This document shows positions 1-11,438 of a stretch of DNA of 41,569 nucleotides, in pieces. The stretch comes from Amoeboaphelidium protococcarum X5. Lineage: Eukaryota > Fungi > Aphelidiomycota. Position 1 is the stretch's first letter; the number at the start of each line of letters is the position of its first letter. Under the pieces are notes generated by a model. It made no database searches. It was not told where the DNA came from and saw nothing but the letters and a program-made list of their open reading frames with translations. Made by a program: the position numbers and the translations under genes. Location: the NCBI GenBank assembly GCA_023515725.1, contig JALDTO010000052.1:1-41569 (forward strand), written 5' to 3'.

Positions 1-3000
1 CCAGGGTAGAATTAAATAGGCCTATTTTGCCAGTGCATCAGTTTGATAGTTATGTGGTGAGCTTAAGGAGTATATTACATGGTGCGATCTTGACTAGCCG
101 CAGCTTTTGCATTTTCCATCATGTCCTTGTATAAAGATTGATTGCGGCATTCTTCGAAGCTAGGAGTAAACTCAAACTCTTTAAATAGATTGCCAATACT
201 GTGTAGGATATCGTGATTGTCTTATTTAAAGAATGATCTAGAGGGAGTCTTCATTTCAGCGTTGGAGCAAATGAGTTTACTCGTAGTTGAGTCGATTCCA
301 GTAATTTCGATGACCTGGTTTCTCTTAAGCTGGTTCACGGTGACATAGATGCCCATAAGCTGGGCTCTCTGCTTGGTACCGAATGTAGTCTTGACTTGAA
401 ACGCGTCAGTTTAAATTTCTTCGCACGTGAACATATCCTCTGTAGTCCAGGCTATTCCTATGCGAGAGTCCTTCATCTAGTGGACCGCTATAACTATAGA
501 TACATGTGAACTAATCGCTTGCTTCTGTATTACGTCTTGCTTTTCTTTACCAGATATTTCTCTAATATTAAAGCTTGCATTAATGTTATCAAGCTGTTCT
601 ATGTCCATATCGTAACAATGACTACTTAGAATACTTCTATACCACAGCGGAGTCTAAAATTCTTATATAAGTTTATCTCTAAGCTTAGCATTCTTGCAAT
701 TGTCAGCCAGTTGAGCAAACGGTATTGACGTTCTAGGATTTGTCGGCAGTCTTATATCGTTGATACTTTTTATCTACAATTATTCGTAGATCCTACAGTG
801 CGTATTGTAATCTTCAGCAGGAATCCGTTCGAAGAAGGAGTTATGCTTTAGACTGTAGTCCTTTACAGATAGGCCATGCTTTTCCAGAGTTTTCGCAATT
901 CCCACAAGATAGTATCCTGTGATTCCTTTTAATTTCTTGGATGGGAATCTTTCAGTGATACAGTACTCCGATTTGATTTTCGATTAGATGGCAGAGAGCA
1001 TGATTTTTATCATTTGGGATTAGTTATTATCACGATTGATCCATACTATAAAGTCGTTTAGAGCCCTTCTTTCCCTGACCATACCTAAATTCTGGAGATT
1101 AAAGTTATACCATTAACAGTATAGAATTGATGTAGCAGCTGTACGAGGTAGTTCTGATTTTTGCTTGATAAGGCTCCTAATTTTGGAATCCCATTAGGCG
1201 ATTTTGGTGTCTGAAACGTTTGAGAGCTATAGTTAGTATGCAATAAGCGGAATTATTTTGCAATTGACGATGTATACATCTTAAATGCCACGAGTTTACT
1301 ATCCTCTCATTGAACGAAGGCAGAGATTGAGACTTTAATTTGCTAACTTAGTAGCCTTTGTAGTTGACTTTACCAATGACCATTTCGCTCCCAAGTATCT
1401 GACCACTTCAGTCTTCCCTATAATCTAATCTATAATCTATCCATTGATTTTTAAAGTTGGCTTACTCTGTTAGGTGAAGCTGATATTTGTGTGCACATAG
1501 CTTTTCTTGGCATTCACCTTCATTTAGTGGCACTTCAGGAACGATCCAATCAAGTTTAGTTGCTTTTAGCAGTCCTCTGCAGTTTCACTGATTGGAGCCA
1601 AGTCGTCTGCGAATCCAGTAGAGGTAATTTTAAGGCTTTCATTGAACTAAAGTCCTTCTGTTTAATCTTCTATTGCGATTTATAGTGGGTCGTAGAATAT
1701 AATAAATAGGATTGGAGACAATGCATCGCCTTGAGCCACTCCTCTCTCTGGCTTAAAAGGTTCAGTATGGCCTGCTACCGTTTAAATAGTAATCTCTCTT
1801 TAAACCAGTAGTGCCACTATTAGTTAGATCAGATCTTCAGGAGTTCCAATCCTTCGCAGAGAGTTGACATTACCTTCTATTGGTACAGAGTCAAAAGCTT
1901 TGAATACATCTGCTCCAGCAATAAATAGATTTCTTTTTTTCATGTGGGCATAGTCCATTGCTAATTTTATGTCGAGTAGAGAGTCCGCTGTAGAGCGGTT
2001 GCTTTTAAATCCATTATTGTTAGCTTTAAGAATTTAGTGTTAGTTCAGCACCTTGTTAATTCTCTTAGTCATGATTGAGCTTAGCAACTTTTTCAGCGAG
2101 TCAATCAATGAAATAGGCCTAAAATTTCCCAGTTTGCCTTAATGGTTCTCTTTCTTAGGCAATAGAACAATTTCAACTAGCCTGTCGACTTACGGGACGG
2201 TTTTATTTTCGATGATGCAGTTTATGATGTCCAGAATCAGTTGGAGTACAGATTATGCGGTCAAAAGTTTGAAAAATTCGTTGGTGATTTTAGACGGTCC
2301 AGCTGCTTTACCATTTGGGAGCATATTTATACATTACTGTAGTTCGTCCATACTAACATTGCGCATTATGTTTTCATATATACTTGGATTGACTTCTGGG
2401 AGAGGGCGAAAGTATTATCCCCATTCTGCCTAATATTCTATCTCTTCTTCTTGTGTTGGTGCTTACCGTGTCATAATACTTTGCCAAAAACGTTTGTGTT
2501 CTTGTTTGATTCCATCAGGATCATTTATCAGAGTGCCATCGTCTAGCATTACATATTGCAGTTCATTTGACACCATCGGGTTAAATATGTTCTTCATTGT
2601 AGCTTTTCGGTTAAGAATGAATCCTTAATCCTTCATCTATTGCGCTTTCTTCCTTTATTCTAACGCTTTCTTGTTCAGGTATTGGTTCATCAACTTGAGG
2701 CAGGCTTTAATTCTTTATATTAGGTTATCTTTGCAAATTACTTGAGATTCATTAGTGTCCGTGTCAAATTATTTCAGATATTTTTACACCAACTCGATAT
2801 CGTTTTATGATATTGTTCCAGTTTTCGCACGACGCTCTATATCTTTCAGTTGAGCATAGTATTTAACAGACTTGTAATCATAACGTCGTGTTAGAATGGA
2901 TGTGAGACTGAGACAAGGGGCACGCATAGGCAAGCATCTGATACTTTTCTTAAATGATGAGTTCAGGAGAGTCCTGACCTGATCCAAATTGCTCAGGTTG

Positions 3001-4190
3001 ACAGGTGGGGCAGTTATCAGTTACGCAGCGAGTTTCTCGTTATATGCTTGGATGTGTTTTTACTGCGCTTTTCTGAGGTTATTTCTTATAGCCTCGGCAT
3101 TTTGCTTTCGCGTATATATGATATCTCTATTAAAGTCTATCTCTAGAGTTAGCGTGATAGCCTTATGATGAGTATTCGACCCCAAATTAATGTTCTTACT
3201 GATATTACATTCTCGGACTTTTGCTATATTCTTTTCGTTAATGAGGAAATAGTCAATTCGTGATTCCGATTTAATGCCTTTACCAATGTATACAGAATGG
3301 GTGTACTCTCTCTTGCTTGGATTGAGTAGTCTCCAAATGTCAGTCAGCCTGTGCTTCTGTTCGTCGCTAATGATTTCACGCATTATCTTAACCTCAGCTT
3401 TGGTAGAACATTGGCGAGGTCTACTATCTCCTTGTGCTGATCTGTCTATAGATGGATTGAGAGCGCAATTCCAGTCACCTCCAAAGATAGTGTGCATCGA
3501 GTTGTCAGATTTAACAAGAATTTCTTCCATCTTGTCCGAGAATTTCTTCATTTCAGGTTAGTTCTCCTTCTTATTAGGGGCAGATGGTAGGTAGAAGCAG
3601 CCAATCAGTATATCCTTGTCTTTGCATCTAATCTATATGCATGTAATTCTTCCTTCTAGTTTATACACTTTTTGAATGTAGCCTTACCAACATTTGGCGT
3701 ATACGATGGCTGTACCTTTTCCATGTCTGTCGTACTGATTAGAGTCCTCATTATGATCGGTGATTATGCCATAGTACTAGTTAAGAATTCTGTCTTTCTT
3801 GATCCATTTCGTAATATCACTAGCAGATGCCCAAGTCTCCGTCAGCATGAGAAAATCAATCTATTCCGTGATACCAAGAGCAGCTTCCTGGAGCATGGTG
3901 TTCAATATGGCTGACTTTTTCAAAGTGCCATCTGCTCTTCCAAAAAGGCTCTACACATTTTAATGTATGATATGAATTTAATTTCTATTCTATAGCTTAT
4001 CTTTTGGGGGGTTCATTAGTAATCTGAGTCTAGTGTCCATGTCATTCCGCTGGGATTATCTGCCATTGTTTGGTAAATCAAAATGGTCTTCGGCTTCATT
4101 GTTTGAGCGAGAAGAAGGAGGATGAGGAGAGTCGGGTAAAGTATTGCGATTACTGATTAAGATGTTTTCTCTCATATTCTCATTGTTCAT
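1..4190 (-). CDS. LINE ORF2: apurinic endonuclease + reverse transcriptase + degenerate RNase H-like domain (partial; alternative start ATG 4016)
   Basis: APE motifs IHIIHQNVQSL, GGDWNC, SRIDYFL. RT motifs NFRPISL, ADVFKAFDSV, GVAQGDALSPILF, GFADDL, VRYLG. The segments I translated share one frame with many in-frame TAA/TAG and no TGA; not every codon was checked. Confidence 0.92.
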
Positions 4191-4231
4191 ATCGTTACTT
4201 CTGTCACCATTACGCCTGCCTTTGGATGTGA

Positions 4232-5482
4232 TCAGCTAGCTCTTCTTTGACTCTCTGGTCTGATGCAATATAGAGCTGGAGATCTGTATCCACTTTGAGG
4301 GAAGACGAAACCGTTCTGGGAGAACTGCAGCGCCCTTCTCAGGTTCTATGCATTTTCAAAGTATAATTCTATCTTCATTGCATTTTCCGTGATTTACCAG
4401 TACTTGAAATGCTTGATTTTGACTTAATTTGCTTTGAAAAAGTGTTCTATTCTCTAAGAGTGGAGGACTCTTGATGCTTTATGAATTATGGAACCACCCA
4501 GACGAAAGCTATAAGGCAGATAGTGATCATCATGAATGAATATTTTACCAGTTTAGTCTGCGACTCTGACGTTCAAGCTTTTGCCATTCAGTCCACTGAT
4601 TTCTTTAGCCACCATCACTGTGATACGCCTCACCGTGAGGTCGTTTGACTCGCCCATTACAGTGTGAGTGACTTCCGAGGTGCGGAACTTCCAATCGTTA
4701 TGTCTGGCTGCTAACTCTCGATGTAATTATGAGGCTTTTGTCTAGACCACTTCATCGGTGAGATCATCGGGAGCCCATATCCAGTAACGATGGTTTAGGT
4801 GTACGCGATTATATGGACGGCTCTGGGAGCTTTGGTGATCAGTTACCAAGTCAGCACCATCTTCATAGTTTTCGGCAGGTACATCCGTTCTTGGTTAGTG
4901 AGGAGTTTGGTAGTACTCTAGTTCATGTGCTTTCTCTTCCGGCTCATCTGCAGCGCGTTGAAACAGGCCAGCTGGATCTCCTGCTTATTCTTGAGCCTTT
5001 ATCTATTAGATCAACATTTCTTTTTAGGGGTCTTGTTCTTTGAATATCTTCTCGAGCTCCTTCGGATTCATAGGTGGGAAATCCAAGTCCATTTCAGTCG
5101 CGTCTTCTTGGTCAATTATGTTCTATTCTGTCATGTTGTTGATTGTATGATCGTTTGGAGTTATCGAAGGGGGGGAAGCAAACTTAAACTTCCCGTCGTG
5201 GAAAATGTGGGAGGCGTATTTATTAATGAGGCGTTTAAGCGACTTTGACTGGGGCCATTGATCGTGAGAGAGTGCATGGGTGCTGTGCATATATATTGGG
5301 ATGATGAGCAGGTTCAGGATAAGGATATTTTCGACTCTACATTTGGCTTTTGCAGTGTTTTATGGGGTTATGTTTGTAGACTTGTGTGGACATTGAGATG
5401 TCATGTTTGGAGTAAGTTAACTTTCGGACAGACAGAGAGCGTCACTACTCGCTTGCTCTGTTAGTACTACTGGTAGCTCCAT
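4232..5482 (-). CDS. LINE ORF1 (about 416 aa; possible RRM-like C-terminus; start uncertain)
   Basis: TGA-free frame from about 5655 to the TGA at 4234-4232; first ATG at 5482; ends 41 nt before the first ORF2 ATG; C-terminus MKIELYFENAQNLRRAL. Confidence 0.7.
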
Positions 5483-7174
5483 GACAGTCAAGAGGTCGAA
5501 CTTGTTTAGTTCCACCGCTTTTTATGAAGTGATTTACCCCCTAAAGGAGGTAATATTGCGGAGGATTACTTAATATAATTTTACCTATCGATTATTAGTT
5601 ATTACCGTTGTCTGCTTTATTTTGTTAATTTTTTCTTTTTTCAAGCTTGCAGTGGCTCAGCGAAACAACATTGCAATCTTAGCCCAACAGGCTCTGGAGT
5701 TATCCGGAGTAAAAGTTTGAAATATACTTATAAGATGGTGACTGTGGTGATTTTGGAGTGGAGCATATTTATAGTCTTTAATTAAAGATGCACCGAGTCA
5801 TAATACATTTGATAAGTTAATTTCCCATTTTCGTCAAAAGCTTTACGCGTGAAAGTTTCATAGCATTTAAACAGGATATCTTAAGATGCAGCAAAAAATA
5901 TATCGGGAAAAATATGATTTTTTGCACACCTTAGTAGACTGATGTGTGTAGCTGCAGTCTATAACGCAGAAAAGTACTCTCTAAAGGAGCCAGAAGAAGT
6001 AAGAACGTATCTATTGAGACTGAGGGAGGACTTGTGACTGATTCAATAGGCTTAAATCAATAATTATTGATAAAGTAAGGCAAATTTAAGTGATTTTAAA
6101 TTGTTTTCTCAGATAAACTATATCTTAATCACGAAAAATTGGCAGTAATTTTTGTCATCTTAAAATTGGCAGGTTTGTCGGGTTACAGTTGCGGGCACCG
6201 TACAGTATTACCACTACGAGGATCTATAATAGTCATTTTGTAATAGATTCTCTCAGGTTTAAACTTCCATTGTATCATTTTAGAGTATACTGTTAAACAC
6301 CTACAATAATCAAGATATTGTTGGAAAATAATTTAAGAGCGTTACAAGAGAAAGATAAATAATCTAGCGCCCTCTCAAAAGAGTAGTTGGAACGAATTCA
6401 AGCCATAAACACATGCTAATAGGAAAGATTCCGTTGACGTGACAATCATTAGTAGATGTAACAACAAGTCGCGCAGTTAACATGTATCAGGTTTGACTTA
6501 AAAATATTCAAATTGCTGGGTTTCCTTACCAGTGTTTCAAGGCTGGCATAATTTCACCTCTCTAATCACTGAAGGCCGAGATTACAAATTCAATTTAGAT
6601 GACGTAAATTTGTATGTGACTAGAAATTGAGTTATAGAAGATCATAGATGGCAGTATATCACAGGCCACCCAGTGAGACGCGCTTCCAAAAATATAAGCT
6701 GACTTTTTTCATCTAATCGATCGTCTCAGCGCCCTCCATGTCGAGAATCCCAAGGCCAACATACCGTCAAATAAGATGTTATTAATTATGCTGAACACTA
6801 CAGACTTATGCATAATACAAGTTTTAAAATCACGGGCGTAAATGTGAAAGGCAGAAAGAGAGACTGATTGAGAAACGGAAAATTGCGCGCGTGAGTTTCG
6901 CGAAGATCGTCTGTTGTTTGACGACACGGCTCGGAAACAACAAAGCGATCGCCGCCGTTCAAAATGAAAGTTGTTGAAATGACCGAAACAACGAGCGAGC
7001 CTGTTCCATTCTTCTCCGTTCCGCACTGTGTCCTCCCCGCATTGTATCTGGGCACATTTGACTGTCAGTTATCAGATATTCGTTCACTCTGATTGTATCA
7101 TTGTCGGTTATTGTTCCTGGTCTTACCTATTACTTGACTCACTATATCTCGAAAGTAACCAATTATCGTATACA

Positions 7175-8864
7175 ATGCCTTCTGCTGTGTAAGCAAAAGA
7201 CAACAAGACTGCCAATGGTGGTGCTGTTGATAGAATTGCTTAGTTGAAACAAGACTTGAAAAAATCTGAGACTTATGCAAGTGGTAAAGTCAAGAGCGTT
7301 GTTAATAGAGTTGAGAAGTTTACCGACTTTTACTGTAAGTATTATATGGGCTGTTTCATATTTCACACTCTTTTCCTTATCATTGTGTGTAGTTACTCCA
7401 GAGTACAATCCAGTGTACATATTAACTTCAGCTCTGCCACGCTTTCTGACTTGGTTGAGTACTCTGGGTGCTCGTTATTTCACCTTCAGCCCTCCTGTGC
7501 CAACCTTTCTGCATGATGATGAATTCCCAACCGTATTGAATGTCCCATTCAGTGAGCGTTTGCAGTTCTATTGGCGTCTAGCTACGGCGTATGTTCCCAA
7601 GATGGTAAAAGGCTTGGCTGTGGCTACTTACATGGCCTTCTTCGATTACCAGGCCAAGCCAATTTCTGATCCGCAGTTATCTCATGTATTTGGAAACACT
7701 GTTTATGCCAAGTTCTTGAAGTAAGTTGACAAGGTTGAGTGGCTTAGTGCTCGCTAGATTCCAGTGTCTGCACCAAATGGTTACTGGTATTACATTGCCG
7801 ACTTTTCTTTTGTTCCTAATGTAAAGATCTGGTCAGACTTTCGCACTAGTGGAAGTGTCGGTGTCTTCCGTGTTAGCAAGACTGCTGGAATCAAGGTACC
7901 GGAGCCTGTTGCTATTCAGCTGACTTGGGTCAAGAACTAGGACAAAAATGTGCAAGTTTACGTTCCTGGTGATAATGCATGGCCTGGTGCCAAGTTGTTC
8001 ATGATGCAAGGAGCCGCCAAGATGGGTAGTTTGGTCGAGCACCCGAAAGCTCATTTTCCGTATGACTCTGTTAATGCTTTCACCCACCACCTGCCTAATG
8101 GTCACTTATTAAAGACTTTGCTGTGGCCGCATCTGAAGTACACTTTGGCTCTGAATGATACCGTCTTGAACTCTGTCTATCTGTCGATTGTGATCAATCC
8201 ACTGATGAGCTAGACTCCATTCGATGCTCCACCAGAGGAATTGAGAAAGTATTTACAAGAGTCTCGTGAGACTTTCAAGTATGTCAAGAATGGTGTTGAG
8301 AAGGATAATGTGTTCCCGTACGGTACGTTTCTGAGCAGATATCATGATGTTTACATGAAGTTTGTCGGCAAGGTTGTTGACCATGCCTGGGAGCAACTGT
8401 ACACTCCTGAAACTGTTAAATGGGGTGACCAGATTGCTGCCATTGTTCCTGGATTCCCAGATGGTAAGCAGTTGTAGGACAAGCAGTTGTTTAAGTAGAT
8501 CATTGCCCAGATCATGTGGAATGTCTCTGTGTTTCACGGTGCTGATCACTACACTTTCTACAAGATTCCGTGGAACCAGAACTGCTGGCGTCTTCGCGAG
8601 GACCCACCTCAGAGCCCGGAGACTGCATTCGATTTCAAGTGGGCCCATGCGCCAATCGACATGTGGAAACTGGCTCAGACTCAAATTGTGTTCTTCTACA
8701 CTGGCGCATCCAGCAAGTTGGAGGATGTGAACTACAAGTTCAGAGATGCAAAGCTGAAGCAATACGCTTTGGAGTTTCGCGCCGCTCTAATGGCTGTAGA
8801 CTCGATCAAGGACGATGCTCACTGCATGGATTTGAACCTTATTGGTCCAAGTATCGACTATTGA
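7175..8864 (+). CDS. Divergent lipoxygenase-family protein (543 aa; intron 7335-7392)
   Basis: AWPGAKLF...EHPKAHF...LPNGHLLKTLLWPHLKYTLALN, NVSVFHGADH and C-terminal PSIDY* follow LOX motif order. Four standard-code ORF fragments are in one frame, joined by TAA/TAG. Confidence 0.78.
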
Positions 8865-9238
8865 TTGACTAAGTATATATCATCGTACGGTCCGTGGTGA
8901 TTTTGTAAGAGTGTATAACGGAATGAATGTATTGACGAAATAGGGTGATTTATAATTATGGATATTATTTTACTGTTTGTGTGTCTATTTTATACCGCCA
9001 TGTTAATGGGACATGCGTCTTTGTAATTCATTCATTTCGTCAATTTAAATGAGGCAGCCGTGAAACGAAATTGTTTCAAGTCTTTTGCTTTGTCTTTGCA
9101 TTGTTGTACTATAAGCACGTATTGTCTATCATAGTGTCTGAGTATAGTATTTATCTCAGTAGTTTTCGTTAGTAATTTCTCCATAGTTATCATTTGACGA
9201 ATTGTTGATTATCCAAGCATAAGACTATAGTTTTTGAA

Positions 9239-11149
9239 ATGGTGCATGAGATTGCGTATGTTGTGTTGAGCTGTAAGAGATACAAGCTTCGGTACAATAA
9301 TTTAGGAGATGTTCCTGATAGACCTTGTGGATTTGATGTGGAATTATTGAACGTTCAAAAAAAGTAGACTATGCTATTGCCTTTGCATCCGGGCCTGCAT
9401 AGTTGGGCTGAAATTGGAGTGTTCCAGAGAGGTGCCTGCTTGGCGAATATTGAGCTGACTGAAGACGGCGACGAACCGTCAATGTTGGAAGGCTGCGCTA
9501 CTGATCCCAACTATCCTGCACCGTTAGCGGATGTTGATATTCCACTGATTCATGACGCGAATCCACCTCGGCGAAATCCATAATATAATTTCGTTCGCAA
9601 TTGCTATATTGATTCTATGAGCGACGATAGATGGATTCCCAGTACTTAAGAGCAGTTATTACAACAAGAGATTGACTGGTAAACAAAACACCCACCCATA
9701 CGCCAAGATCATTTAATGCTCAGTGATGCCGTGTTGAGAACTCAACCTCTGATAGGCCGCGTGATGAGCAAGAATAGTGCATTTAATTATATTAAAACCA
9801 ACAGATTTGATGATGATTATCCATTCAAGTTTATGATTGATCTGTATGATTCTAGTCAGCAGAAATAATAATGCGTGATTTGGGGCAAGTTTGCTGTAAA
9901 GTATTTTGACATGGTCACTGTTGGAGCTATAATATATGTAGACCGATACACAATGCATGGCAATGAGGTCAAAGTTAAGTCTCTTAAAGTGCTGAATCCT
10001 GGCCACTTTGTGGGTTGGAATCCTCATTAATACAGAGACAGGTTTCCCTCGCTGATGTTGAATGTCATCGACTTACATCAGAGTTTGGATTTATACTCCA
10101 ACTCTAATGATTTATTTGATCTTATTGGAAAGGTGTTTTATTATAGTGATACTTTCATCAGGTGCGGGATCTATAAAAGAAAAGGGGATAAAAACTATTT
10201 GAATGGCGGCTGGCTTTCTTATAAATGGGTTGGCATAGAGTAGAAGAGCCGTTCTAATAATGGTCAAAAAGTACGGTTATTTATGAAACTGTTTGCCTGT
10301 TCTTAATAGTAAGCTCTTTGTCATTTAAAGGTTGGTGACATTCTGTTGATTACTTCTGCTCAGGTCGACTAGTTTGGAGACTTTCGGCTTGTCAAAACGA
10401 GTAGTCAATCTTAAATCCTGATTTATGAAGATATTTAACATGTTCGTGAATAGTATCGTGCTCTGGTGGACTTTGATTCGGAGCTTAAAGTCCGAAGTCA
10501 CAATGATCTGTTCAGATTTCCCTACTAAAATCGTGATATAGAGAGTATAGCTCTTGAGTCAGATATGCCTATGATGGAATTACATGAGGTGTCCTAATGG
10601 ATTTCTTTCTGTCCACTGAATAGCCGTCGACTAGCTGTGGTGAATGGTCTGATTACAGAGGTGAGCTTAGAATATTCAGCAGATAAAATTATACCGCTCG
10701 ATATGCCTAACCTTGTTACTCACAATGCTATTTACCAGTGTCAAAATATCATCCTGTAGAAATATTCTGAGCGTCCTCAATAAATTGTGTATCCATATTT
10801 AAGGATCACGATTTCCCACCATAATAATTACAACGAGAACAATAATAGCGATGAATCTGAGATTATGTCTGTCGGTATATCTCCGAGTTTTGCATGTATT
10901 GATGACAGTTATAAGGGGGAGTTTGATGAGGACTTTGTTGGCAATTGGGTGTCCAGATCAGTAGCTCAGGTCATTAAACCGATATTAACTGAACGCATTT
11001 ATCAGGAAATGTTGGATTCTGATGAGTTCTAGTATGACGTTTTGATTAGAGATTTGAAGGGTTTGCAATGCTCTTTAGTGTGTGAGTTTGAGCGATTCAG
11101 TTATAGCCAGGTGATGGTTCATGCTCTTTATTTAGCTGCACTAGGATGA
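9239..11149 (+). CDS. RADX-like (RPA-related) multi-OB-fold ssDNA-binding protein (636 aa)
   Basis: PLIGRVMSK...PFKFMIDLYDSS...CVIWG...YFDMVTVG, DLIGKVFY...WLSYKWV...MKLFACSQ and KTSSQSQI resemble the RADX OB domains as I recall them. Single frame ending in TGA. Confidence 0.65.
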
Positions 11150-11438
11150 ACTTTGAATATCTATTTCTCTGTTAATGCTGAGTAAACTTTTTATAATTTG
11201 CATTTCTATCTTACGTTCCTACACCTTCATTGGAATAGGTAAGCACATCGTTCAAGTTGTGCTTTTAAACACGCCTGATTGGAGATCATGATGTAAGGCT
11301 ATTAATATACTACCCATGGTTACTTGCGCTTTGGCTATTAATATACGAAAAATTTCTCATAACTGCTCTGTCCCGGTATTTTATTTACCATTAATCCCGC
11401 TATTAGAGTAAAATCTAATCTAGTTAATTTGCATCGAT

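Larger units (their letters stand above)
1..5640 (-). mobile_element. Non-LTR retrotransposon (LINE; ORF1 + APE-RT-RNaseH-like ORF2); 3' end runs off the window, 5' boundary approximate
   Basis: Two consecutive minus-strand ORFs open under TAR=Gln; ORF2 has APE and RT motifs. The 5' edge is guessed from the A-rich tract near 5610-5640. Confidence 0.88.

Noticed and set aside
5480-5700. tRNA-like boxes (GTTCGACC on minus near 5494-5501; TGGCTCAG near 5653) and a small hairpin at 5534-5553
   Set aside because: The boxes are on opposite strands and no cloverleaf or ribozyme fold could be built. I found no suppressor tRNA in the window.
5650-7170. TGA-free stretches and listed ORFs between the LINE and the LOX gene
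   Set aside because: No recognisable protein. With a single stop codon, such open stretches are expected by chance.
7275-7392. LOX start at ATG 7275 with a signal-peptide-like hydrophobic stretch
   Set aside because: The stretch coincides with a GTAAGT..TGTAG intron that joins an upstream exon from ATG 7175 in frame.
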